This document shows, piece after piece, positions 10,728-21,316 of a DNA stretch of 64,000 nucleotides. Under the pieces are notes generated by a model, which saw nothing but the letters and a program-made list of their open reading frames with translations, searched no databases and was not told where the DNA came from. The stretch comes from Methanotrichaceae archaeon (lineage in GTDB: Archaea > Halobacteriota > Methanosarcinia > Methanotrichales > Methanotrichaceae). How positions within the stretch are numbered: the stretch's first letter is position 1; the number at the start of each line of letters is the position of its first letter. A program made the translations under genes and the position numbers. The stretch is taken from positions 128,001-192,000 of the forward strand of contig CAWDLW010000012.1 in assembly GCA_963803145.1 (NCBI GenBank), given 5' to 3'.

Positions 10728-11274
10728 ATGCTCCAAAAGGATACGGTTTGGGCCTAAAGGTTTAATGCAATTGAGATAAATGGCATTAATTTTTTGGCGA
10801 TATGAGAATGAAATATATCAATGAGGGGTAAAGATGCAGATGAGACAAAATATGTTTCCCGTATGGATTGGGATTTTATTAATAGTCTTAATTATACTAA
10901 TTGCTTGGGGAATTACACATTGAGATCTTTAGAATTAGCTTCCGATATTCAATTGAACCAAAGTGGCTATTGCTATCATGTGGTGGTGGTTCATGATACG
11001 ATAAGTATGAGCATCCAATAGGATAAATTGAACTAGACCTTTTCTCTGCAGATCTCATGCTGCCCTTAACCCGTATCCTTCACACCGAAGCACCCCAACA
11101 CGCCTGCCTAGCAGCTCCCTCAGTTTTGAAGCCATCTTACAGGGAGAAGTACTGAAATCCTGCCGATTTGTGAAATAATCCATCTACCGCGCTCTTCAAT
11201 ACTTTGTAGATCTCCGAATATGTAAAAGTCAGATAATGATCGAATTGTTAAATAAATTGAAAAGAATATCGATC

Positions 11275-11727
11275 TCATTCCGTCGCACAGGACTCGCCCT
11301 CCATCCCGCCCTCGGGCTTTGCCTCCTCCGGCTTAATCTTTCCGATTTTGACCCAGTAATCCTTGATTGCAGCATGCAGCGCATCGGCGCCTAGGTTGGA
11401 GCAGTGCATCTTCTGCGGCGGCAAACCCTCCAGCTCAGTCGCCACATCTTTCCGTGTAATCTTCATCGCCTCATCAAGCGTTTTGCCCTTGGCCATTTCT
11501 GTAACCATGCTACTGACGGCTATCGCTGACCCGCAGCCAAAGGTTCTGAACTTTATGTCATCGATCTTGTCATCCTTGACCTTGATGAAGATCTCCATCA
11601 GATCACCGCAGACAGGATTTCCAACCTTGCCGTAGCCGTCAGGGTTTTCTATTACCCCCACATTCCTGGGGTTCATGAAGTGCTCCATCACCTTTTTACT
11701 GTAACCTATCTGTGCCATCACAATCAC
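11275..11727 (-). CDS. iscU: Fe-S cluster scaffold IscU/NifU
   Basis: YSKKVMEHFMNPRN, GNPVCGD, FGCGSAIA, KMHCSNL. Confidence 0.95.
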   Translation of the reverse strand: MIVMAQIGYSKKVMEHFMNPRNVGVIENPDGYGKVGNPVCGDLMEIFIKVKDDKIDDIKFRTFGCGSAIAVSSMVTEMAKGKTLDEAMKITRKDVATELEGLPPQKMHCSNLGADALHAAIKDYWVKIGKIKPEEAKPEGGMEGESCATE

Positions 11728-11770
11728 CTAATAAATCATATCAAATTCTATCAAATCAGCTTGGTCAACT

Positions 11771-12925
11771 TCAAAGCGGAGAGAAGGCCCTCAGCCTCTC
11801 AACAGTCTTTTTAACGGCATCTGCTACTGCAGGCACTTGATCTACTGTGTTAAATTTGCCAAGCGTCATAAGCATCGAGCCATGGGCTTCAACGTGCTTT
11901 AAGCCTATGGCCAGAAGCACATGTGAAGGCTCAAGGGTCTTTGAGGAGCAGGCTGATCCCGTTGAGACCTGGATATTGAACATGGCATCCAGCGTTAGAA
12001 GTATGCTTTCGCCCTCAATTCGGCTGAACCTGAAGCTGGCATTGTTCGGAAGCCTTTTTGTCGGGTGGCCTGCGAGGTAGGACTCTCCGATCTTTAGTAT
12101 CTCGCCTATCAGCACATCCCTTATATGCCGGAGCCTTTCGCTCTCAGCCTCCATTTCAATTTTTGCAATCCTTGCAGCCTCGCCGAACCCTGCAAGAGCG
12201 AAGAGATCCTCAGTGCCTGGTTGGAGGCCACGCTCCTGGCCGCCTCCGAAGATAACAGGCTGTGTCCTTATGCCAGGCTTGATGTATAGCGCTCCTGCTC
12301 CCTGAGGGCCATAAAGATCATTGGATGATATAGTCAGCAGATCTATGCCATCCTTTTGAACATCAACAGGAATTTTGCCCGCTGCTTGAGTCGCATCGAC
12401 ATGCAGATATTTCCCTTTGGCATGAACGATTCTGCTCACCTCATCGATTGGCTCAATGGTCCCGATCTCAGGGCTTGCATACATCACAGATGTTAAAATG
12501 GTATCCGGAGATAGCATATTTTCAAGGGCAGCCAGATCGATTATGCCTGCCGAGTCCACAGGCACCAGCGAGAGCTGGAAGCCAACCTTCTGAAGGTATT
12601 TCATCGGGTTTAGAACTGAGATATGCTCTATTGCGCTTGCAAGAACCTTTTTTCCCTGATTCGCGTTCCTGGCGGCAGTTCCATGGATTGCCAGATTGTT
12701 GGCCTCAGTTGCAGAGCCGGTGAAGATTATTGTGCTCGGGTCCTCAGCGTTTATCAGCTCTGCAACCTTTGTTCTTGCATCCTCAACTGCCGTTCTGGCA
12801 GCAATGCCTACTGAATGAAGCGCAGAAGGATTGCCGAACTCCTCCGTAAGATAGCGGCCCGCAAACTCACCGACACGCGGATCTACTGGGTAGGCCGACT
12901 GGTAGTCAAGATATATCCCGCGCAT
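11771..12925 (-). CDS. iscS: Cysteine desulfurase IscS/NifS
   Basis: IYLDY, FGNPS, ATEANN, HVDATQ, STGSACSS. Confidence 0.92.
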   Translation of the reverse strand: MRGIYLDYQSAYPVDPRVGEFAGRYLTEEFGNPSALHSVGIAARTAVEDARTKVAELINAEDPSTIIFTGSATEANNLAIHGTAARNANQGKKVLASAIEHISVLNPMKYLQKVGFQLSLVPVDSAGIIDLAALENMLSPDTILTSVMYASPEIGTIEPIDEVSRIVHAKGKYLHVDATQAAGKIPVDVQKDGIDLLTISSNDLYGPQGAGALYIKPGIRTQPVIFGGGQERGLQPGTEDLFALAGFGEAARIAKIEMEAESERLRHIRDVLIGEILKIGESYLAGHPTKRLPNNASFRFSRIEGESILLTLDAMFNIQVSTGSACSSKTLEPSHVLLAIGLKHVEAHGSMLMTLGKFNTVDQVPAVADAVKKTVERLRAFSPL

Positions 12926-12938
12926 AAATCCTCCTGGT

Positions 12939-13328
12939 CTAGAAGCTTATGACCGCATCTGCATCCAAGGCAAGATCATTCAATGTCCCTGCACCTGCGA
13001 TCGTGGCCGCCGGCATAAAATCACCTCTTGGAATTCCCAGCAGCTGAGTGCTCTGCTCACAGACATACATCTTCACGCCAGCGTTTATTGCCTGATCAAT
13101 AACATCCTTAAGGTTCGGGAAACTGCCTATCTTCACCTTCTCGGCCTCACCTTTTTTCATAGCCATTATGCCCTTGATCATGAAGAAGATCGATGCATCC
13201 ACATCCATCGCCTTTGCTGTCATGCCGAGAATGAAGGGCGCATAAAGCCGCTCAGGTGTGTCGAGACCGCTCGTCTGCACATAAAGTATGCTGCTCATAT
13301 CTACCATCTCTCTTTCATTTTCTTTCAT
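12939..13328 (-). CDS. DsrE/DsrF-like sulfur relay protein
   Basis: FFMIKG, GVKMYVCEQS, AGAGTL; between tusA and iscS. Confidence 0.8.
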   Translation of the reverse strand: MKENEREMVDMSSILYVQTSGLDTPERLYAPFILGMTAKAMDVDASIFFMIKGIMAMKKGEAEKVKIGSFPNLKDVIDQAINAGVKMYVCEQSTQLLGIPRGDFMPAATIAGAGTLNDLALDADAVISF

Positions 13329-13365
13329 CTATTGTTTCAGCTTATCTTTATTCAATTTATTTTAC

Positions 13366-13608
13366 TCACTTCATCCTCTTTATCCAGAAGGTCGATATAT
13401 TGCCTGACCTCTCGAACTTAAGCAACTCGTGCCCTGTGCGTTTTGCCCAGCGCTTAATATCCTCCTCTGCCGCAGGATCATCGGCCTCCACCTTCAATAC
13501 TTGTCCTACCTCAATTTTCTCTATCTCCTCTTTTGTTCGGGCAATTGGCATTGGACAAAAGAGGCCGACACAATCCAGCTCTGCATCAGGAGTTATATTT
13601 GAAACCAC
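13366..13608 (-). CDS. tusA: Sulfurtransferase TusA/SirA family
   Basis: LDCVGLFCPMP motif. Confidence 0.9.
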   Translation of the reverse strand: MVSNITPDAELDCVGLFCPMPIARTKEEIEKIEVGQVLKVEADDPAAEEDIKRWAKRTGHELLKFERSGNISTFWIKRMK

Positions 13609-13740
13609 GTCTGATCACCTTTTAATGGGCATGCAACATAAACGCTAGGAGACTCAAAGTTGCATTCGGCTTTATCCATTCTCAACATCGCTTAGAATTT
13701 GTACGTTATTGTATATGTATCTTCTCAAATTATAGGTATC

Positions 13741-14295
13741 TTATTTTAATATCATTTGCAGCCCTGCTACAATATTAGCGGACATAAAGATTAACGCTAT
13801 TCTGCCTAGCCATTTATGAGCTACTCGCATCCTCTTATCTTTAAGTTTGAACTGCATAAATCCTATTATTGGTGTGAGGATGACAAATGACACTGCTCCT
13901 ATGCCGAGGTAAGAGTGGATCTCTCTAACGAAATAAACCTCAAAATACGTTGAGAGTAAAAATGCTGCTGTGAAAATTCCGATCATTGATAGGGATGCGC
14001 CAAGTAGTCCCATCGTCTTATGTGCCTTAAGCCACCATCTCTTGCCCTTTTTATGCCTTGCGGTGAGCATACCTGCTGTCATGAGCATCAGCCCTGTAGA
14101 TACAAGGAATGCGTGATATGGCCAGTGAGGCGGCGGATTATCGCTATCGTTGCCCATTCCATGAGCATACGCACTTCCAGAGAGTGCCATGAAGGATAAA
14201 GCGAGGATGCTTACAAGGATTATTGACTCTAGGATTTTTGATGGAATAAAATTATTTTGGATTTTGTAGCGATGCTCTGAATTTAGATTTCCCAT
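13741..14295 (-). CDS. Membrane protein, cytochrome b561-like
   Basis: Four or five hydrophobic helices, four with a conserved-looking His (YHAFL, AHKTMG, IHSYLG, AHKWLGR). Confidence 0.6.
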   Translation of the reverse strand: MGNLNSEHRYKIQNNFIPSKILESIILVSILALSFMALSGSAYAHGMGNDSDNPPPHWPYHAFLVSTGLMLMTAGMLTARHKKGKRWWLKAHKTMGLLGASLSMIGIFTAAFLLSTYFEVYFVREIHSYLGIGAVSFVILTPIIGFMQFKLKDKRMRVAHKWLGRIALIFMSANIVAGLQMILK

Positions 14296-14535
14296 TGTAT
14301 TTACTTTAGGTATTTAATACTACTTAAAATTTTCTTAAATATAGATAAAAAAGATAAATTTGAAGATATCGTTATTTCTATCAACTAATGTAAAAATTCT
14401 CGCTACAAACTCCGGATGTCTAGTAATCATAATAATATAAATTTCAATGTATTATGTACTGATCATTTCGAAGACCATCAGGAAATATGGGAAAATTTCA
14501 TCTAGATAGAGGCTAAAGAGATTTAAGGTGAGATA

Positions 14536-14700
14536 ATGGATAAATACGTCTGTAAAGTCTGCGGGTACATCTACGATCCCGACAAGGGAGACTCGACACA
14601 GAACATCGCTCCTGGAACATCCTTCGAGGACCTGCCCGACGATTGGCTCTGCCCCGAATGTGGCGTAGGGAAGGATCAGTTCGAGAAAATAGTTGAGTAA
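14536..14700 (+). CDS. Rubredoxin
   Basis: Not in ORF track; [15 protein letters not shown]...[20 protein letters not shown]; AGGTGA RBS. Confidence 0.95.
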   Translation: MDKYVCKVCGYIYDPDKGDSTQNIAPGTSFEDLPDDWLCPECGVGKDQFEKIVE

Positions 14701-14765
14701 TCTAGATTAGGGATAATTCCCACATAAACAATATCAGCAATAACAATGGCGTGAAGGGATTGCAT

Positions 14766-15326
14766 ATGCTTAGCCAAAAGATGACAGACGCGCTCAATGG
14801 ACAGGCGAACAGAGAGTTTTACTCGGCCTATCTTTATCTCTCAATGTCTGCTTACTTTGAGTCCTCAGGCATGAGGGGAATGGCAAACTGGATGAGAGTC
14901 CAGGCTAGCGAGGAACTCGTGCATGCCATGAAGATGTATGATTATGTAATCGCCGCAGGTGGCAGGGCGAAGATGCTGGCGGTCGAGGAGCCCCAGTTCT
15001 CCTGGGCATCGCCTGTGGATGCATTCCAGCATGTGTGGAATCATGAACGTGCTGTTACCGGACTCATAAAAGCCCTCGTTGGTGTCTCGCTCTCAGAGAA
15101 GGATGATGCTACAAACAAATTCCTGCTATGGTACATAGATGAGCAAGTCGAGGAGGAGGAATCATCTGATACAGTGCTGAATAAGGTCAAGGCAGCAGGC
15201 AATGATACCAGCAAGCTTCAAGCTGTGGATAAGGAGCTCGGCCAGAGACGTTTCAAGTTCCCTAGGGGATATAACATATTTCCATACGGGGCTGAAGGTA
15301 TGAGCATAGGGTCATTGAAAAAGTGA
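14766..15326 (+). CDS. ftn: Ferritin (non-haem)
   Basis: EFYSAYLYLSM, QASEELVHA, HERAVT, WYIDEQVEEE. Confidence 0.92.
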   Translation: MLSQKMTDALNGQANREFYSAYLYLSMSAYFESSGMRGMANWMRVQASEELVHAMKMYDYVIAAGGRAKMLAVEEPQFSWASPVDAFQHVWNHERAVTGLIKALVGVSLSEKDDATNKFLLWYIDEQVEEEESSDTVLNKVKAAGNDTSKLQAVDKELGQRRFKFPRGYNIFPYGAEGMSIGSLKK

Positions 15327-15480
15327 GAGCTGATGCAAACCGAGAGTCGTGCTCTCGATGATTTTTATTGTTTGCCATGCCTAATTAGTTTAAATTATTT
15401 AGCAGTAATCTATACTTCCTTCTTAAGGATACCTATATTTACCTTCGAAACATTGCTATTTTGCAACCGAGGTAATACCC

Positions 15481-16212
15481 ATGAAATGGACTGCGCTTCT
15501 GATAGCATCTCTGATGCTTCTGTCCCTTTGTGCTATGGGACAACCAAATCAATACAGCACAAGAACAACAGGTGGCGCGCCTACGCCGATAACACCAACA
15601 AGCCCAGAATCTCTGGGCCTCCAGATGCCATCGCCAACAGAATCCTCTCAGGCTCCAACACCGGAGGAGAATTCGCAGGGGCTGATGAGTACAAGTCAGG
15701 ATATGGCCTATTCTGCCTCACCCCAGGGCCAGAGTTTGATGGCTACAGGTTCTACGATCGCCAAAATGGTAGTTCCATCTGGCGGCTATGCGCCAAACAT
15801 TCTCTATGTCTTATATGCGCCCCAGACTGTGGCAGCCTGCAATCTCTATGCATATCTGCCTCTGTGGTTGCAGACATCAAGCTACGGCAGCGCCTGGTTC
15901 TATGAGTGGTACCCGAGTGGACAGTTGGATATCAACTATGCGGGCTTCATAAACTATCCAGGATGGTATAAGAGATGGTTCTTTGCCGATGTGCCGGGCT
16001 GGCATATCCTGCAGTACTATTGCAACGGCTGGAGCAACTACGCCTATGTCTATGTTTATGGCCAGGGACCAGGCTATTGGGTCAACCCCGGACCTTATTA
16101 CCAGCCTAATCCGTTGCCCTATATGCCACAGGAATCAAATCCTCCGATTTATCCCTTCTCGGTCCCGGCAACTGGCCATACTTTCTTCAAATCCAAGATG
16201 ACCCTGAATTGA
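15481..16212 (+). CDS. Secreted Tyr/Trp-rich hypothetical protein
   Basis: Signal peptide, Pro/Ser/Thr-rich linker, WFYEWYPSG...WFFADVPGWH...WSNYAYVYV domain. Confidence 0.7.
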   Translation: MKWTALLIASLMLLSLCAMGQPNQYSTRTTGGAPTPITPTSPESLGLQMPSPTESSQAPTPEENSQGLMSTSQDMAYSASPQGQSLMATGSTIAKMVVPSGGYAPNILYVLYAPQTVAACNLYAYLPLWLQTSSYGSAWFYEWYPSGQLDINYAGFINYPGWYKRWFFADVPGWHILQYYCNGWSNYAYVYVYGQGPGYWVNPGPYYQPNPLPYMPQESNPPIYPFSVPATGHTFFKSKMTLN

Positions 16213-16408
16213 AATTGAATTCGTGACCTGGAATTATTGAATGCTGAGATTAGGGCTGGGATAAAGCTGAGATAAAACTGAGGCAAAACGTGAGCGAGAC
16301 AAGTTCATTGAATACTGCTCGCTCAGTTCCTATTTTATCTATTAAGCTAATTGGTTCCAATGCTGAGATAATAACCATAGCGCTGAATTCAAGATAAATC
16401 AATCCGGA

Positions 16409-16645
16409 TTATGTGCTTTTCTTCTGCCACCTTCCGGATCTTTCATCCTTCTCGTAAACCTGCTTTACAGCCGACCAGGCAACTTTATGGGCAGTCTCTT
16501 CTCGGGAGGCATCCTCTTTGCGCTCCTTCGGATTTGCGTACTCCTCCCATGCATTGTTGAATGCTTTAAGATAAATCTCCTGGGCATGCTCCGGCAGGTT
16601 TTCCCTTACACTGGCAGGAAGATCACTTATACTTTTATAGGGCAA
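16409..16645 (-). CDS. chaB: ChaB family protein
   Basis: PYKSISDLP..VRENLPEHAQEIYLKAFNNAW..AHKVAWSAVK. Confidence 0.9.
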   Translation of the reverse strand: MPYKSISDLPASVRENLPEHAQEIYLKAFNNAWEEYANPKERKEDASREETAHKVAWSAVKQVYEKDERSGRWQKKST

Positions 16646-16758
16646 CTCTAAACCTCCAATAAGAAATTTAGTTCAATTGTTAATTAATTTTTCGTTTTAG
16701 AAGATATACTACAATGATAAACCTCTTAAGGATATACGCCATTCAAGGACCCTAGCCC

Positions 16759-17826
16759 ATGCCGATCAAACTCCGCATAACCACCTTCAATCTGCTAAAC
16801 CTGGATGATAAAAGCGAGCGTCCTCCGACCCTAGAGGAACGGATCCCTGTCATGCGGCCTCAGCTCATCCGTCTGAACGCCGACATTCTCTGCCTCCAGG
16901 AGGTATGCGGCCAGGAAGATCGTGGTCATTTGCGCCTTAGCGCCCTCAATAAGCTTCTTGAATGTACGCCTTATGAGGGCTTCCATAGGGTCTCGACAGT
17001 GGCAGACGATAGGGGGAATGCCTACGAGAACCATAACAACCTGGTTATACTCAGCCGTTACGAGATCGTTGAGCACCATCAATATCTTCATGACTACGCT
17101 CCATCGCCGAGGTATCAGAAAGTTACTGCCCAGCCTGAGGAGCACGAGGCAAAAGAAGTATCCTGGGATAGGCCGATACTTCATGCGAAGATTAGGCTTC
17201 CCAACAACATGACATTGGATGTTATTAATCTTCACCTGAAGTCGAGGCGACCGACGAATATTCAGGGACATAAGATAGATGAAAGAACCTGGAGGACTGC
17301 ATCGGGTTGGGCGGAGGGCGTCTTTATATCATCGATGAAGAGAATCGGTCAGGCGCTGGAGACACGCATTTTGATCGACAGGCTTTTCGACGAGGACCCA
17401 TCAGCCATCATAGCAGTATGTGGCGACTTTAACGAGGAGCTCGATGAGGTTGCACTTGAGGCCATCAGAGGGGATTTGGAGAATACAGGCAATCTCGACC
17501 TGGCAATGAGGGTCATGGTCCCATGCGAGCGCAATATTCCTGAGCCAGCAAGATACTCGTTCCTGCATAACGGCAAGGGCAAGATGCTGGATCACATCCT
17601 TGTATCTAGGACATTACTAGCCTACTTCACGGGCTCTGAAGTACATAACGAACTGCTCCATGATGAATCCATAGTCTTCACTCCAAGGGTGTTTTATCCC
17701 GAGTCGGATCACGCTCCTGTTATAGCGCGATTCGAGCTGCCTGAAGCAAGAATTAAATGGGCGACGGTCCCTCCAAAGGATGAAAGATGCGATAGAAAGG
17801 ATCGGTGGGCGAACTATCAGCGTTGA
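16759..17826 (+). CDS. Endonuclease/exonuclease/phosphatase family protein
   Basis: TFNLLNL, DILCLQE, HLKS, GDFN, LDHILVS, SDHAPV. Confidence 0.88.
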   Translation: MPIKLRITTFNLLNLDDKSERPPTLEERIPVMRPQLIRLNADILCLQEVCGQEDRGHLRLSALNKLLECTPYEGFHRVSTVADDRGNAYENHNNLVILSRYEIVEHHQYLHDYAPSPRYQKVTAQPEEHEAKEVSWDRPILHAKIRLPNNMTLDVINLHLKSRRPTNIQGHKIDERTWRTASGWAEGVFISSMKRIGQALETRILIDRLFDEDPSAIIAVCGDFNEELDEVALEAIRGDLENTGNLDLAMRVMVPCERNIPEPARYSFLHNGKGKMLDHILVSRTLLAYFTGSEVHNELLHDESIVFTPRVFYPESDHAPVIARFELPEARIKWATVPPKDERCDRKDRWANYQR

Positions 17827-18317
17827 AAACGATTCTTACGGAATTTCATCAACTCCAATTCTGTTCTGAGAAACACATTTGATATAGTTATGTCCAATAA
17901 ACGAAAATATTTCTAGATTTTAGCCCAAACTTTTGAATATTTTGTAAAGCTTATAGCTATGCCACTATCTCCCTAAGCATCTCCAATTAGTAACATCCTA
18001 ACCGATAGCTTAATATCCATTGAGGTCTTATTCGACTTTTGTCGAATACGAACTCGTCATGATACGTAGGAGGGAGATGAATCACCTGATATATGGCTTA
18101 CTGCGAACGCTTTCATGATTGTAATGCCTTTGTTATAATATATCTATGGCAAACATCGAAGATGAAAGTGTTCACTAGGGCATTGAGTGCATTACTATGA
18201 ATGGTATTGTATAAGTAGTAACATATGGTATATTCTATTATGATTACTACCACTGTTCATATTATCTAGTAAAGTCCTTGAATAATACTTGGCCAATGGT
18301 CAGGAGGCGAATATTAG

Positions 18318-20510
18318 ATGAGGCTTCTGATAGTATCAAACCGCTTGCCAATTACAGTACTCGATGAGGGCGAGCTTAAATTTAAAGAGAGCGTGGGAGG
18401 GCTAGTCACTGGACTCAAGGCATACCTGGATACCAAGGGCGCCCAGTCATCCATAGATTACACCTGGATCGGGTGGCCTGGAGCAACTATAAAAGATCAA
18501 AATAAAGAAAAACTAAAATCCAAAGTCTATTCAGACCTGCATGCTTATCCTGTTTTTCTATCCGAGGCCGCTATGGACAAATTTTATCACGGATTTTGCA
18601 ACAGAACAATATGGCCACTATTTCATTACTTTACATCCAATGTTGTCTATGATGAAGAAGGATGGGATTATTATAAATCGGTTAATGAGGCATTTTGTGA
18701 AGCAGTCGTGCAGATCGTCCGACCTGACGACGTAGTTTGGATACACGATTACCATTTGATGCTGCTTCCAAAGCTTATAAGGGAAAAGGTTCCTGGAATA
18801 CCGATAGGATTTTTCTTGCATATTCCATTTCCCTCATATGAGGTGTTCCGCCTTCTTCCAAGCATCTGGCGTACTGAGCTTCTTGAGGGACTTCTTGGAT
18901 CGGATCTCATAGGATTTCATACCCATGACTATACTCAGTATTTCATGCGATGTGTCCTCCGCATTCTGGGCTACGAGAATAACATGGGGCAAATTGCTAG
19001 AGACGATCATCTTGTGAGTGTGGGTACATTTCCTATGGGGATTGATTTCCAGAAGTTTTATGATGCGGCGCTCAGCACTGAAGTGCAGGCTGAGAGAGAT
19101 GATCTGAAGAAAGTACTAGGCGGCCATAAGATCATACTTTCGATAGACCGATTGGATTACACGAAAGGGGTCATCAGCAGACTTCTCGGATATGAGCGCT
19201 TCCTGGAAAAGAACCAGCAATGGTGCGAAAAAGCTGTCTTAGTGCTCATGGTAGTTCCTTCTAGAACAAAGGTGGAGCATTATCAGCAGATGAAGAGGCA
19301 GATAGATGAGCTCGTCGGCCGCATAAATGGCAAGTTCGGAAGCATAGACTGGACACCCATATTATACCATTATAAGTTCATTGAATTTAATAAATTAATC
19401 GCACTTTATAATGTTGCCGATGCCGCTTTGGTCACACCTCTGAGAGACGGCATGAATCTAATTGCAAAAGAGTATCTAGCGACGAAGACCGATGGAAAGG
19501 GCGTCCTGATATTGAGCGAGATGGCTGGCGCATCAAAAGAGGTAAGAGAAGCCATCATTATAAATCCGAATGATATTGGAGAGATAGCTTCCGCACTTAA
19601 GGAAGCACTCGAGATGCCTGAGGAAGAGCAGATAAGGCGCAATGGGATAATGCAATCGCGTCTCAGGCGTCATGATGTAACTCAATGGGCGGATAGCTTC
19701 ATCCAGGCATTGCTCTCAATGAAGGAAGATGAAAGGAGCCTTGATTACAAACTACTCGGACCATCTGTAAAAGGACAGATGATAGACGATTTCCTCAAAG
19801 CACAGAAGAGGCTTATACTGCTGGACTACGATGGAACTCTTGTCAAGTTCGCAAGCCATCCACAGGCTGCAAGGCCCACGGAGGAAGTACTGAAAGTGCT
19901 CAGACAGCTCTCTGAGAATCCTAAAAACGAGGTTGTGCTTTTAAGTGGGCGTGACAGGATCACTCTTCAGAGCTGGTTCGGCGTTCTAGGCATCGGTCTG
20001 GTTGCAGAACACGGCGCATGGATAAAAAGAAAGAATGAGGAGTGGAGGATGTCAAAACCGCTGACGAACGATTGGAAACCCAAGATTCTTCCTATCCTTG
20101 AGATGTATTCTGATAGACTGCCCGGTTCATTTATCGAGGACAAAGACTTCTCGTTGGCATGGCATTACCGTATGGCAGATCATGAGATGGCGTCGATTGT
20201 ATCAAAGGAGCTGCTTGATGATCTAGTGAGATTCACTGCGAATATAGGCGTTCAAATTCTTCAGGGTAACAGAGTAATAGAGATAAGAAATCCCGGAATG
20301 AATAAAGGAGATGCAGCTACAATCTGGACTGCAGAAAACGGATTTGATTTTATCTTGGCGATAGGCGATGACTGGACAGATGAAGATATGTTCAAGATTT
20401 TGCCTGAGACCGCATATTCCATAAAAGTTGGCAGGGCGCAATCTCAAGCAAAGTATAACTTAACAGACCAAGACGACGTGATAGATTTGCTGCAGGAGCT
20501 TGCGAAATGA
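18318..20510 (+). CDS. Bifunctional trehalose-6-phosphate synthase/phosphatase
   Basis: VSNRLP, WIHDYHL, DRLDYTKG, DGMNL, then HAD domain LDYDGTL...GDDWTDE. Confidence 0.95.
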   Translation: MRLLIVSNRLPITVLDEGELKFKESVGGLVTGLKAYLDTKGAQSSIDYTWIGWPGATIKDQNKEKLKSKVYSDLHAYPVFLSEAAMDKFYHGFCNRTIWPLFHYFTSNVVYDEEGWDYYKSVNEAFCEAVVQIVRPDDVVWIHDYHLMLLPKLIREKVPGIPIGFFLHIPFPSYEVFRLLPSIWRTELLEGLLGSDLIGFHTHDYTQYFMRCVLRILGYENNMGQIARDDHLVSVGTFPMGIDFQKFYDAALSTEVQAERDDLKKVLGGHKIILSIDRLDYTKGVISRLLGYERFLEKNQQWCEKAVLVLMVVPSRTKVEHYQQMKRQIDELVGRINGKFGSIDWTPILYHYKFIEFNKLIALYNVADAALVTPLRDGMNLIAKEYLATKTDGKGVLILSEMAGASKEVREAIIINPNDIGEIASALKEALEMPEEEQIRRNGIMQSRLRRHDVTQWADSFIQALLSMKEDERSLDYKLLGPSVKGQMIDDFLKAQKRLILLDYDGTLVKFASHPQAARPTEEVLKVLRQLSENPKNEVVLLSGRDRITLQSWFGVLGIGLVAEHGAWIKRKNEEWRMSKPLTNDWKPKILPILEMYSDRLPGSFIEDKDFSLAWHYRMADHEMASIVSKELLDDLVRFTANIGVQILQGNRVIEIRNPGMNKGDAATIWTAENGFDFILAIGDDWTDEDMFKILPETAYSIKVGRAQSQAKYNLTDQDDVIDLLQELAK

Positions 20511-20559
20511 TTAATAAATACGGCAAATCTTTAAGGTTTAATTGTATCGTACAGTAAGT

Positions 20560-20876
20560 ATGACCGATTATGCTCGATTGATTTATAAGGCCAGAGAAGC
20601 TGGAATTGCAGTAATCTACGTTGATCCTACTTATACCTCACAGACATGTCCCAGATGCAATCATATAAGCAGAAATAATCGATATGGCCTGGAGTTCCGC
20701 TGTGAGATATGCGGTTATGAATCTCATGCCGATCGAGTGGGTGCTATGAATATAGAGCACAGAACACGAGACTTGAGGTATATCTTTGAGTCTCAGGGCG
20801 GTACTGTCAGCCCGCCAGACGCAACACGATTTTTTGCGTAGTTGCAAGCCACGGCCTTCAGGCCGTGGTAGTTGAC
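20560..20876 (+). mobile_element. tnpB: IS200/IS605-family remnant: 3' fragment of tnpB plus right-end hairpin
   Basis: YKAREAGI..VDPTYTSQTCPRC..FRCEICG..HADRVGAMNI; hairpin CCACGGCC-TTCA-GGCCGTGG (20849-20868) then TAGTTGAC. Confidence 0.85.
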
Positions 20877-20896
20877 TATCTGTATCTTCTATAGGC

Positions 20897-21079
20897 TCAT
20901 CCTTCCAGCCACTTCTCGAACTGCCTTTGACCGCAGATCTTCTTGATAATGATAGTGCCATCTCTAAGATAGTCAAGATCAAGCTCACAATCTCCATTCA
21001 GCTTGAGTTTATCTCTGATTTCAGCAGGCAGCTCTATTCTCCCGTTGGCATCGAGCTTGATGATCGGCATGTCTCTCAC
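20897..21079 (-). CDS. AbrB/SpoVT-type DNA-binding protein
   Basis: IKLDANGRIELPAEIRDKLKL. Confidence 0.75.
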   Translation of the reverse strand: MRDMPIIKLDANGRIELPAEIRDKLKLNGDCELDLDYLRDGTIIIKKICGQRQFEKWLEG

Positions 21080-21316
21080 TATAAAGAACGTTCGAGGTCT
21101 ATTTTATTAAGCTTTGTTTTAAGATGAGGTTCATATCAGGATGATCTGATGGCACTATAGGCTGTTATTATGCATACAATATGTTAGAATCCGCAGAAAG
21201 ACCAAACGCTCTGATTTAGGAAAAAAGCAAAGCAAATATTAAACTTATTTTGGATATCTAGAAAAACGAATTAAACCTAGTAAATGATCGTTAAACGATC
21301 ATAAATTAATGGGGGA

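Noticed and set aside
11056-11240. Minus-strand broken frame (..IGRISVLLP / MASKLRELLGRRVGVLRCEG..)
   Set aside because: Frameshifted, no clear start, and family not identifiable with confidence
16243-16290. Degenerate 11-12 bp repeats (GCTGAGATAAA-like)
   Set aside because: Too short and degenerate; probably slippage downstream of a gene
18030-18119. Palindrome ATTCGAC..GTCGAAT and an RBS-led 13-codon ORF upstream of the trehalose synthase
   Set aside because: Could arise by chance; no supporting conservation visible
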